From a virus (Duplodnaviria; Caudoviricetes), in IMG/VR virus record IMGVR_UViG_3300031555_003626, positions 128,001-192,000 of that record: DNA of 64,000 nucleotides; one strand, written 5' to 3'. Positions 29,267 through 37,996 of this stretch are shown piece by piece. Made by a program: the position numbers and the translations under genes. The notes beneath the pieces were generated by a model. The model did not search any database. It was not told the DNA's origin and saw only the letters and a program-made list of their open reading frames with translations. Position 1 is the stretch's first letter; every line of letters begins with the position of its first letter.

Positions 29267-29541
29267 TGAAACATAAATGTTATATTTATAATAAAGGTTT
29301 TGAAGCAATGAAGAATAATGTCTGTGACACTTCTTGCGGCCTTTGTCCTGCACCAATGAATGCTCAGGAAGCTCTAGATATACTTACTAGTTATCTTCTG
29401 GGCGATGATTGGTATATTGCCATATCAGTAAATACTGAGCAGTGTAATGCGATTATTACAGAGCAAATTTTAGATAAATTTTCTAAAAAGTGGAAAAAAG
29501 ATTGGAACCACTTTGAAAAATACGATCAAGATACTGTATAA
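29266..29541 (+). CDS. Hypothetical protein
   Basis: GGAGG RBS, TAATG overlap. Confidence 0.7.
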   Translation: MKHKCYIYNKGFEAMKNNVCDTSCGLCPAPMNAQEALDILTSYLLGDDWYIAISVNTEQCNAIITEQILDKFSKKWKKDWNHFEKYDQDTV

Positions 29542-29545
29542 TATA

Positions 29546-29659
29546 ATATCAGGTGCCACGAAGCCCGGGAAACGGATAGCATATAGTTGAAAAAAGTACC
29601 TTGACGTTAATGGGAGCTAAAGCAGCTGTGGTTATGGAGTTAGATGAACAGCCTGATAT
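29546..29659 (+). ncRNA. Structured RNA module, copy 1 (AGGTGC...GGAGTTAGA.GAAC.GCCT)
   Basis: Starts just after promoter motif at 29533; closing stem atatcagg/cctgatat. Confidence 0.6.
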
Positions 29660-29661
29660 GT

Positions 29662-29749
29662 TTAGAGGTGCCCGTTCGCAGACGTGTGTAGCAGCTGACC
29701 GCGAATTAGCTTAGCTACTTTGTAATGGAATTTGAGAAACAGCCTCTAA
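29662..29749 (+). ncRNA. Structured RNA module, copy 2 (diverged)
   Basis: ttagagg/cctctaa closing stem; aggtgcc...tggaatttgagaaacagcct. Confidence 0.5.
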
Positions 29750-30004
29750 TAGCTGAGTCGAATGACGTTGGGATGTTCCCCGTTCACCTTCGCTTGGGTG
29801 CTCAGCAACAAGCAATTTATGAATTATCCGGACCTCCGGCGGTTATGCGGCAGAAGCTGCCACCGCACTGGGCAATAGGCCCTGGCTTGATATACCCGAG
29901 CTTCCGGAAGGGGTTATTAAAGCAAGTACGCCAATAGCAGAGAGCGATTCGAGTAAAAATCGATGTGGTGTAGGTAAGAGTCCTACCTTGCTGTAAATTT
30001 AATA

Positions 30005-30187
30005 GTAGGTGCTACGAAGAGCCCTTAAGCCGTTAGCCGTAAAGCAGTGGAGTATACGTTTACTGTGAAATTGCTTTTACGTGAATCGGGGTGCTTAACA
30101 GGCCAGTAATTCGTTTGTTAATCGTGTGGTTACTGTGGCGGGGTTGTGCCGAGAGCTGTAGTAAACGGAGTTAGAAGAACGGCCTAC
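30005..30187 (+). ncRNA. Structured RNA module, copy 3
   Basis: gtagg/cctac closing stem; aggtgctacgaag...agctgtagt...ggagttagaagaacggcct. Confidence 0.6.
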
Positions 30188-30200
30188 AAAATATTTTAAA

Positions 30201-30357
30201 TGTCTGAAAAGTTATAAGCTTCTTATCGATTGCAGTCCTAAAGACTTAATAAAGAAGTAGGCGTGCTTAATGGAGTTAACTAAAATCGTCGCACTCTTGC
30301 CGAGTAATTAACGGTGCTAGGTGGGTAGCTGAAATGTCCACAAACGCAATCCAGACA
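30201..30357 (+). ncRNA. Candidate structured RNA
   Basis: tgtctg/cagaca closing stem, gattgc/gcaatc long-range pair, internal hairpins; no ORF. Confidence 0.35.
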
Positions 30358-30429
30358 ATAATGCAAAACGCTGACTAAGACGTTAGTTCAGCGCTAGGGG
30401 CGCTGAGATAAAGGCGCCCTTTCTTATAT

Positions 30430-30573
30430 CCACAATTGGCGGAACAGGCAACACAAATGTAAGTCCTGACTGTAGGCAGCCGGTGTAAGTCCTACTGGTG
30501 TAGACGCACCGCGGAGTAGCGGCGATACACTGACGAGTGTATCATCTGGGTTCGAATCCCGGGTTGTGGACCA
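30430..30573 (+). tRNA. tRNA-Leu-like RNA with 51-nt D-loop insertion and non-canonical anticodon loop
   Basis: ccacaat/gttgtgg acceptor plus ACCA, T arm ctggg-ttcgaat-cccgg, long variable arm, TGGCGGAA..AGACGC D arm; 6-nt loop ggagta. Confidence 0.6.
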
Positions 30574-30597
30574 TATTTTATTTATAGGAGATTTGTT

Positions 30598-31152
30598 ATG
30601 GTTATCGGAATTGATTTTGATGGCGTAATGAACCGTATGTTAGAGACTTGGCTAGAGTGGCTTAATATGCGACACGGCTTAACAGTAAAGTTTAAAGACG
30701 TAAAAAATTGGGAACTTGAAAAATGTTATCCGACACTTACAAAAGATGAACTGTATGCTCCATTACACTTCACAGATTTTTGGTCTGAAGTAAAGATTCA
30801 GGAAAATGCACCCGAGGTAATTGAAAGACTTATTCAAGAGGGCCATCAAGTTTATGTAATTACAAGTACTCACTACGATATAATTTCAGCTAAGTTTAAG
30901 AATTGTCTTCTTAAGCATTTTCCTTTTATAAAGAAAGAAAATATAATTATTACATATAATAAATCGCTTATCAGATGTGACCTTTTACTTGACGACGCAG
31001 AGCATAATTTAATAAATTTTAAAGGTATTAAAGTAGTTTTTGATGCACCTTATAATAAAAATACTTCCGTAGCAGATTTTAGAGTATGTTCTTGGGAAGA
31101 CTTTTATGAACTAATTTCTGAGCTAAAAACTGCTATTACTAATATTGTATAA
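30598..31152 (+). CDS. 5'(3')-deoxyribonucleotidase (NT5C-type HAD)
   Basis: IGIDFDGV, ITS, K, LLDD..HN, FDAPYN. Confidence 0.85.
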   Translation: MVIGIDFDGVMNRMLETWLEWLNMRHGLTVKFKDVKNWELEKCYPTLTKDELYAPLHFTDFWSEVKIQENAPEVIERLIQEGHQVYVITSTHYDIISAKFKNCLLKHFPFIKKENIIITYNKSLIRCDLLLDDAEHNLINFKGIKVVFDAPYNKNTSVADFRVCSWEDFYELISELKTAITNIV

Positions 31153-31187
31153 TATATTAAATAAAATAAAGGAGTTATGACTAAAGT

Positions 31188-31631
31188 ATGAGAACTAAGA
31201 AGTACTGGCAGAATCTTAGTGAACAACACTATAAAAGCCTGCAAGAATCGCGTAATCTAAATGACCTTAAAGATCAGGCTCTTAAATTTTTGCTTGAGAG
31301 TCCGGAGACCTATAGGGTTAAACTTACAGGGGATGTTCAAGCTATCTATACTGCCCCATACTCAAAGCAGATTACAAAATTTGAGTACGTAGACGGCAAA
31401 GGTAAGTATCATAGACACTTTAGACCTATAGCTATTGACAAGCTAGAAATTATCAGTACAAATGCCGATACAGCTGTCATGAGATTTGAAACTCTTACAG
31501 ATAAATATACTTATTGGATTCTAAACAAAGCTGACGAGACCATTGCAGAAATTCCTGAGGATTACTTCTGTACTAATCATAGAGGCAATTTTAAAACTTG
31601 TGAAATCAAAGGAGGAGAAGATAATGGGTAA
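31188..31631 (+). CDS. Hypothetical protein
   Basis: Promoter motif and AAGGAG RBS. Confidence 0.7.
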   Translation: MRTKKYWQNLSEQHYKSLQESRNLNDLKDQALKFLLESPETYRVKLTGDVQAIYTAPYSKQITKFEYVDGKGKYHRHFRPIAIDKLEIISTNADTAVMRFETLTDKYTYWILNKADETIAEIPEDYFCTNHRGNFKTCEIKGGEDNG

Positions 31632-32418
31632 TAATAAAAAAGATTCACTTGGCGACCGTATGAAAGCTAATTATGAAAATAGATCTAAGACTTTCTTGAC
31701 TCGTCGCACACCTTGTATTATTCGTCTTGACGGAAAAGCTTTTCATAGCTTCACAAGGAATTTCCAAAAGCCATATGATGAGGTTTTTCATAAGGCAATG
31801 AACTCTACCTTGCAGTATCTTTGTAAAAATATTCAAGGGTGTAAGTTTGGATACACACAGAGCGACGAAATTTCGCTTCTGTTGACCGATTACGATACTC
31901 TGACTACTGATGCTTTCTTTGATTACAACGTGCAAAAGGTATGCTCTATTGCAGCTTCTATGGCTACCTTGCAGTTCAATAAAGCTTTCAGAACATATGT
32001 TAATGAATATACCGCCGGCAAAACTCTCGATAACTATTCTATTGAGCTTTTGAAGGCTAAAGATAAAGGCGCAATGTTTGACGCTCGCTGCTTCAGCATT
32101 CCTGTATCGGAAACGTGTAATGTATTTATTTGGAGACAGCAAGATGCGACTCGAAATGCTGTTCAGATGCTCGGGCAGACGTACTTTAGTCATAGTGAAC
32201 TACATAAGAAGTCTACTTCAGATATTCAAGAAATGCTTTGGCAAAAGGGCATAAATTTTAATGACATGCCTATTGAATTTAAGCGTGGTGTTTGTTGTTA
32301 TAAGAGAGCTATTGAGGTAAACGGTGCTGCAAGAACTGAGTGGTTTATTGACAAAGAAGGACCTATCTTCACTCAGGATAGAGACTATATTGAAAGACAC
32401 CTTCCTAAGGAGAATTAA
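31624..32418 (+). CDS. thg1: tRNA(His) guanylyltransferase Thg1-like (3'-5' polymerase)
   Basis: LGDRMK.YE, IIRLDGKAFH, GYTQSDEISL, FDAR, WRQQDATRN. Confidence 0.9.
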   Translation: MGNNKKDSLGDRMKANYENRSKTFLTRRTPCIIRLDGKAFHSFTRNFQKPYDEVFHKAMNSTLQYLCKNIQGCKFGYTQSDEISLLLTDYDTLTTDAFFDYNVQKVCSIAASMATLQFNKAFRTYVNEYTAGKTLDNYSIELLKAKDKGAMFDARCFSIPVSETCNVFIWRQQDATRNAVQMLGQTYFSHSELHKKSTSDIQEMLWQKGINFNDMPIEFKRGVCCYKRAIEVNGAARTEWFIDKEGPIFTQDRDYIERHLPKEN

Positions 32419-32973
32419 ATGACAAATAGAGAGAGATTTATTTCACTTTGTACGTTTAACCGTACAGGAAAAACAGAACTTTTTGAGTGGCTCGAGAGTA
32501 GCGATTTCTTTACTGCGCCAGCAAGTGCAAAGTATCACGGTGCTTATGAAGGTGGCCTTGTAGAACATTCCTTGAATGTTTATGACGCTCTTGTAAAACT
32601 ACTTACTATATATCCCGAGATTCAGGTATCTGAAGAAAGTATTGCTATCGTCGCTCTTTTCCACGACCTTTGCAAAGTAAATATGTATGAGAAAGAGACT
32701 CGCTATCGTAAAGATGAAAACGGAAAGTGGGAGCCTTATGAAGCGTACACTCACAACGAGAAACTTCATTATGGTGGACACGGAAGTAAGTCAGTATTTA
32801 TTCTTCAGAACTTTATTAAGCTCACACCTGAAGAGGCAGTGGCTATTAATTGCCATATGGGCTCTTGGGAAGATAATCCTAACATTGGACCTGCCTTCGA
32901 GCATTGCCCTTTGGCTTGGCTTCTTCATGTTGCCGACGAGAGCGCTACTTTTATTACGGAGGCAAAGAGATGA
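32419..32973 (+). CDS. HD-domain phosphohydrolase
   Basis: APAS.KYH...GGLVEHS, FHDLCK, GHG.KS, HM, AD. Confidence 0.85.
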   Translation: MTNRERFISLCTFNRTGKTELFEWLESSDFFTAPASAKYHGAYEGGLVEHSLNVYDALVKLLTIYPEIQVSEESIAIVALFHDLCKVNMYEKETRYRKDENGKWEPYEAYTHNEKLHYGGHGSKSVFILQNFIKLTPEEAVAINCHMGSWEDNPNIGPAFEHCPLAWLLHVADESATFITEAKR

Positions 32974-33752
32974 AATTTTTTATAGTGAGTGATATACATT
33001 CATATTACTCTGCTCTAAAGAAAGCTTTAGATGAGGCTGGCTTTGATAGAAATAATCCTGAACATTGGCTAATTTCGTGCGGAGATGCTCTTGATAGAGG
33101 TTATGAAAGCGAGGAAGTACTTCATTTCCTTATGTCGCTTGAAAGAAAGATTCTTGTAAAGGGTAATCATGACCTTCTTCTTGATGACCTTTGTGTGAGA
33201 GAATTTCCATATAGTCACGATTTTTCCAATGGAACATTTCGTACAGTGAACGATATTGGAGGCGCTGGAGAAGGCTATCCTTTTGAGGACTGCTGTAGAA
33301 ATACTTGGAATAGAACTGCCGCTTATCGTGCTTCACTTGTAAACTATTTTGAAACTGAGAATTATATCTTTGTGCACAGCTGGATTCCTACAATTACTTC
33401 AGGCGCTTCTAAGCCTTGGCATACTCTTAATAAGTATTACGAGTATAAGGAAGACTGGCGTGATGCCACAAAAGCTGAGTGGGAAGAAGCAATGTGGGGT
33501 AATCCCTTCTTTAAGGCTCAGGACGGTATGAATAAGACCGGCAAGATTATTGTTTTTGGTCACTGGCATTGCTCTTTGGGGCACCTGATGAGTAGTGATG
33601 GAGAGCTTAGCGAGTTCGGCGAAAATGCTTGTTGGGACATTTATAGAAATGAAGATTGGAAGATAATCGGAATTGATAAGTGTACAGCTCATACTGGAAA
33701 AGTTAACGTTTTAGTTATTGAAGATAATTTTTTAAATAAGGAAGGTATATAA
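32970..33752 (+). CDS. Calcineurin-like metallophosphoesterase
   Basis: SDIH, GDALDRG, GNHD, FVH, GHWH. Confidence 0.85.
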   Translation: MKFFIVSDIHSYYSALKKALDEAGFDRNNPEHWLISCGDALDRGYESEEVLHFLMSLERKILVKGNHDLLLDDLCVREFPYSHDFSNGTFRTVNDIGGAGEGYPFEDCCRNTWNRTAAYRASLVNYFETENYIFVHSWIPTITSGASKPWHTLNKYYEYKEDWRDATKAEWEEAMWGNPFFKAQDGMNKTGKIIVFGHWHCSLGHLMSSDGELSEFGENACWDIYRNEDWKIIGIDKCTAHTGKVNVLVIEDNFLNKEGI

Positions 33753-33754
33753 TT

Positions 33755-34015
33755 ATGTTTATTATTAGCGGTGAAAAAGGTACGGGTAAGACAAGAGCTC
33801 TTCTTGAGAAGGCTTTTGCTGAAAACGGTATTGTTGTCTGTGAGAATCCTGATAAGATGAGAGAGCGTGCTTATAAGTATGGTATCGTAGGACTTGATAT
33901 TGTAGGCTATGATGACATCTACCTTGCAGGTAAGCCTGTTTATATTCACGATATCAATAAGTTTATAGAGCATAATATGCCGGAGGCGAAGGGCTATACC
34001 CTGTGTATTGACTAA
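33755..34015 (+). CDS. Small P-loop protein
   Basis: GEKGTGKT. Confidence 0.65.
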   Translation: MFIISGEKGTGKTRALLEKAFAENGIVVCENPDKMRERAYKYGIVGLDIVGYDDIYLAGKPVYIHDINKFIEHNMPEAKGYTLCID

Positions 34016-34230
34016 TGGATAAGAAATTTCTTTATGGCGCTCGTGATACTTTGACTGGGAAGCTTGTTAATGATATAACAAACCCCGGTCGTAAGTTTTG
34101 GGAGATACGTGGCAACTGCATGAATGCTATTAATGCATATAATAATAGGACTTCTTTTTATGGTCGCCGTCAGCACCATGGCCCACTTGAGCTCGTTACT
34201 TTCGAGCTTGTTGAAGTTAAGGAAAACTAG
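34015..34230 (+). CDS. Hypothetical protein
   Basis: TAATG overlap. Confidence 0.65.
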   Translation: MDKKFLYGARDTLTGKLVNDITNPGRKFWEIRGNCMNAINAYNNRTSFYGRRQHHGPLELVTFELVEVKEN

Positions 34231-34458
34231 CAGTAGTTGAAACACCTGAAGAAATTTATGATAGGCTTTATCCGCCTAAGATTGGTACATTCAGTTACTG
34301 CTCCGGCGTGGCAGATATAACAGCAGATAATATATGTGTTCAAGCAGTAGAACCTATACCAGAAGCTGCGTCTATCAAAAAGTCTGCGACAAAGAAAACA
34401 TCTACCAAAACAGTAGAAGAACACTAAAAATTTTTAAAGCAGGGTTGGTGAAATAGTT

Positions 34459-34629
34459 ATGTTAGAAATAAATGATTTTTGTATTAAAGAATGCCCACGT
34501 GGCAAGGAAAAAAGTGAAGAATTACTTGATAAAAATAATTCTGCTTTAGATGCGGCTATGGATATGTATTTCTTTATAGAAAAATGTCTAGAGACCTGTC
34601 CATACAGAGATAAAATTAAAAATACATAA
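34459..34629 (+). CDS. Small hypothetical protein (56 aa, not in track)
   Basis: GGTGA RBS; MLEINDFCIKECP...C..TCPY. Confidence 0.55.
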   Translation: MLEINDFCIKECPRGKEKSEELLDKNNSALDAAMDMYFFIEKCLETCPYRDKIKNT

Positions 34630-34739
34630 GAAATAGGCTAAATTAGATATATTAGAGAAGTAAATTCTTTTTGGGTTTGCTTCTCTTTTTATTTTAATAT
34701 TTGCTAAATTATTTGATTAAAAAAATTAGGAGGCCTCGG

Positions 34740-35258
34740 ATGTTTAGTAGTTGGACTGACTATACTACAGCGATACCATGCATTACAATATATATTAATT
34801 GTGACACATGTCTTGCTATAAATTTACGCGCGCTGAATCTGACTGATAGCGATGAGTTTATTTTTACTTTAAAAAACTATGATTATACAGAGTCAGATTT
34901 TATTTATATTTTTAAAGCCCGTAATGCTGATATGAATGAAAATGGTGAAGTACTATTTAAAATTCCTGCTAAGACTTCTAAGGCGCTAAAGCCTGGTGCC
35001 TTTTACACTTTTGCTGTCTTAGCTGATGCTTATAATAAAAAATCTTCTACGATATATAAGAGATTAGCTGAGAGTGGTAAAGTTTTACTCGAGTATGGTA
35101 CACAAGACATGCTGGTAAAAACTGGTGAAAATCAAGAATACCTTGAAAATGTCATGGCCGCTAAACTTGTTGCTCCTGAAGTTGTTCCAAGTCAGATTGA
35201 GAGCTCTAAGCCAGGTACCTTATTAAGTGGCCGTCTTGAGATTATTGAGGAGGCCTAA
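34740..35258 (+). CDS. Putative structural protein (BppU-like Ig fold)
   Basis: Late motif at 34702, AGGAGG RBS; FTLK...T..LKPG..Y pattern similar to 53999 ORF. Confidence 0.55.
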   Translation: MFSSWTDYTTAIPCITIYINCDTCLAINLRALNLTDSDEFIFTLKNYDYTESDFIYIFKARNADMNENGEVLFKIPAKTSKALKPGAFYTFAVLADAYNKKSSTIYKRLAESGKVLLEYGTQDMLVKTGENQEYLENVMAAKLVAPEVVPSQIESSKPGTLLSGRLEIIEEA

Positions 35259-35260
35259 GG

Positions 35261-35404
35261 ATGTTTGAAATTAGAAATTATGAACAAGAGCCTATAGTTC
35301 TAATAAGGCCTGCTACGGTACAAGAACTAGCTGCTTATGAAACCTGGAAAAAAGAAAAGACTAAAGAAGAAAATAAGGAGAACTTAAACTATGCCAAAAT
35401 ATAA
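35261..35404 (+). CDS. Small hypothetical protein (47 aa)
   Basis: GAGGAGG RBS. Confidence 0.45.
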   Translation: MFEIRNYEQEPIVLIRPATVQELAAYETWKKEKTKEENKENLNYAKI

Positions 35405-36287
35405 AGTAGTATTAACAGTGCAGGATAGCTTTGGAATGCCCAAAGAAGTTGATGGTGGCACTATTGATATAGATTTAGCTGAGGCCTTAACTGCTACGGA
35501 TGTTAAACAAATTGAAGAAGCGCTTCCGCTTGAAGATTACATTAAAAAAGCCGAGTTGTCGGAAGAGCTTAATACATATGCAACAGATGGTGAAGTAGAA
35601 GATGCAGTTACATTTACAACAGATAAATTCGTTACAAATGCTTTTGGTGATTATGCTGTTGGTGACTCTGTAAAGGGTCATACAATAACTGCTGTATTAG
35701 CTAAATTATTAGGGTTAGTTGATAATATGCCTCAGCGTCCTAGCGGTGGTGAGCTTCCAGATGATCCTCAGCCTGATGAGCCCGAGCGCCCTGAAGAGCC
35801 TGAGCAGCCAGATGACTTTGATAGCATTACAGATGCAATTATTGCGAATAAGACACCTATGTATTCTGTTGACAACACTGGTAATATCATAGCAGTGTCT
35901 TATGAAAATGTTATTATCTATGCCGCAGACGAGCCTATTGCACAACCAACAGAATTTGGTTTTTATCAGATAGTAGGCGAGTCTGGCGACGTAACTGAGG
36001 CCGGTTATCAAGAGCTTACTGCTGAGAATCCTGATGTACCCTATATTATTGCATTGCCTTCAGGTATTGATTTTAATACCATGGTCACAGTACAAACCTA
36101 TGATTCATTAGAAAATAAATGGAAAAATGATTCTTTTGAGATGTCTAATGACCTTGAAGTAATAACTGGTATTTGTGATGAGCTTGGTATAGATATTTCG
36201 CACATAGATGCTGATGCATATACCATTTGGGCAGACCTTGAGGCTGGGCCTACTGGTAAAATTCATAGATTTATTATAACAGAATAA
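35391..36287 (+). CDS. Putative tail/virion structural protein
   Basis: AAGGAG RBS; in late module; Pro/Glu linker. Confidence 0.6.
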   Translation: MPKYKVVLTVQDSFGMPKEVDGGTIDIDLAEALTATDVKQIEEALPLEDYIKKAELSEELNTYATDGEVEDAVTFTTDKFVTNAFGDYAVGDSVKGHTITAVLAKLLGLVDNMPQRPSGGELPDDPQPDEPERPEEPEQPDDFDSITDAIIANKTPMYSVDNTGNIIAVSYENVIIYAADEPIAQPTEFGFYQIVGESGDVTEAGYQELTAENPDVPYIIALPSGIDFNTMVTVQTYDSLENKWKNDSFEMSNDLEVITGICDELGIDISHIDADAYTIWADLEAGPTGKIHRFIITE

Positions 36288-36297
36288 GGAGAACCCT

Positions 36298-36822
36298 ATG
36301 GCTTTAGAAATTTCTAATCAATATTCATACGTCGGTAGAGGTCCATTTGATGCAAAATCTCTTGTAAAGACTTATGCAGATTTATTAGCAGAAGAATCTT
36401 GGCTATCAGATGCTGGCAAAAATATCGCGTATAACGGTATGATTGTAGCTGTCTGGCTCAATAAAGATGACCCAGCTAGAAACGGTATTTACTACTTACA
36501 CGACAGTACAGTTACAAACACATTTAAAGCACCTGACGTTACAAATGAAGCTAACTGGCACAAATTAGTAGAAATATCTGATATCACTGAGAGACTAGCA
36601 GCTATTGACGAAAGACTTGCTGCGTTAGAAAACGATGAACCAGACGTTATTACTTATGGTTATCGTAAAAACTTTCCCATTGAAGGTGAGTTAAATAAGC
36701 TTTACGTTGCTGCAGATGAAGGAAAAACTTATGTTTGGTTTGGTGAGGAATATTTAGCCGTCGGAGGGTCAGGCGGCGACTATGAAGAGCCTAAAGTAAT
36801 TTATGGTGGCTCTGCAGATTAA
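36298..36822 (+). CDS. Putative tail fibre adaptor protein
   Basis: N-terminal GPFDAK domain paralogous to 37997 and 53586; FP..GE..KLY.A.D....Y.W module. Confidence 0.6.
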   Translation: MALEISNQYSYVGRGPFDAKSLVKTYADLLAEESWLSDAGKNIAYNGMIVAVWLNKDDPARNGIYYLHDSTVTNTFKAPDVTNEANWHKLVEISDITERLAAIDERLAALENDEPDVITYGYRKNFPIEGELNKLYVAADEGKTYVWFGEEYLAVGGSGGDYEEPKVIYGGSAD

Positions 36823-36879
36823 CTATGATATAATTTAATTTTAAAATTATATAAATATTTTATAGAGAGGTAAAAACAA

Positions 36880-37977
36880 ATGGCAGAAAAACAATTAAGT
36901 ACCATTATCGTTCTAAGAAACGACAAGTCTACTGACTGGGCTACTTCTGAAGTTATTCTTCGTGAAGGTGAACTCGGTGTTTCTTACTTAGATAATGGCA
37001 ATGTAATGGTTAAGGCCGGTAATGGTGTCGACAAGTTTGCAGATCTTCCTCAGGTTGAGTCTGTTCTCGAGTCTGACATGATGCTAACCTATAGCTTTGG
37101 TAAGCATACCGTTCCCACTGGTGGTTCCTTAAACGCTGGAGGCACCGGAATGACCATGTCTCAGTGGCTTGCAGACTCCCTTAAGAAAACTGTTGAGCCT
37201 ACTATCAAGCGTTATCCTAATGCAGGACTTTCCGCAAGTTGCTCTAATTCTGGAGCATCTCTTGAAATTGGCTCTTACATTACTTCTGTTTCTTACACCG
37301 GATCTCTTAGTGAAGATGGTGACTACGAAACAAACGGTAAGGAGACCGCTTCAGGCATTAAGTCAAGTGACCTTAGCTGGGAAGTAACTCTTGGAGATGA
37401 TGCAGCTACTAAGAAGACATCTAGTACTGGTAGCTATACAACTAATATTCAGATTAATAGCACGACAGCAAACACTGTTTATGCAACAGTTAAAGCTAAG
37501 GCTACTTTAAGTCTAGATAATGTAGTAACTCCTACTAATAACCTTGGTGAGGCAAGTTCTACTGTTAAAATTAAGGGTTATGACGCAGCTGGTACCACTG
37601 TAAAGAACCTTACTGCTGATGTTAAAGCAAGCGGTTATCGTAATACCTGGTCTTATGTTGGCACAGACGACACCTTTGAGCTCACATCGGCAAATATCAG
37701 ATCAAAGTTTACTGCGAAGAATGCTTCTACAACTTCTTTTGGTACTGTAACAATCCCTGGTGGTACAAAGAGAGTTGCCTTTGCTGTTCTTGGTGATAAG
37801 ACTCTTAAATCTGTTATTGACGTTGATGGCCAAAACCTTGACGTTAAGGCAAACTTTACAAAAGAAACAATCGCTATTGAAGGCGCTAACGGTTTTGAGG
37901 CAGCTAACTACTCTGTATTCCACTTTGAGAATCCTAATGGTGTTGCTGCTACTAAGTATACTGTAACAATCGGTTAA
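36880..37977 (+). CDS. Tail fibre-associated protein with Mtd/hyaluronidase-type N-terminal domain
   Basis: LRND...W...L..GELG...KAGNGV..F.DLP. Confidence 0.7.
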   Translation: MAEKQLSTIIVLRNDKSTDWATSEVILREGELGVSYLDNGNVMVKAGNGVDKFADLPQVESVLESDMMLTYSFGKHTVPTGGSLNAGGTGMTMSQWLADSLKKTVEPTIKRYPNAGLSASCSNSGASLEIGSYITSVSYTGSLSEDGDYETNGKETASGIKSSDLSWEVTLGDDAATKKTSSTGSYTTNIQINSTTANTVYATVKAKATLSLDNVVTPTNNLGEASSTVKIKGYDAAGTTVKNLTADVKASGYRNTWSYVGTDDTFELTSANIRSKFTAKNASTTSFGTVTIPGGTKRVAFAVLGDKTLKSVIDVDGQNLDVKANFTKETIAIEGANGFEAANYSVFHFENPNGVAATKYTVTIG

Positions 37978-37996
37978 TAAGGAGGACGAATAAATT

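Noticed and set aside
29725-29937. 70-aa ORF in the ncRNA island
   Set aside because: No RBS, atypical composition, overlaps structured RNA elements
29546-30187. Lysine or cobalamin riboswitch (AGAGGTGC start)
   Set aside because: AGG pairs with the terminal CCT here, the other riboswitch core motifs are not evident, and the units are not directly upstream of a gene
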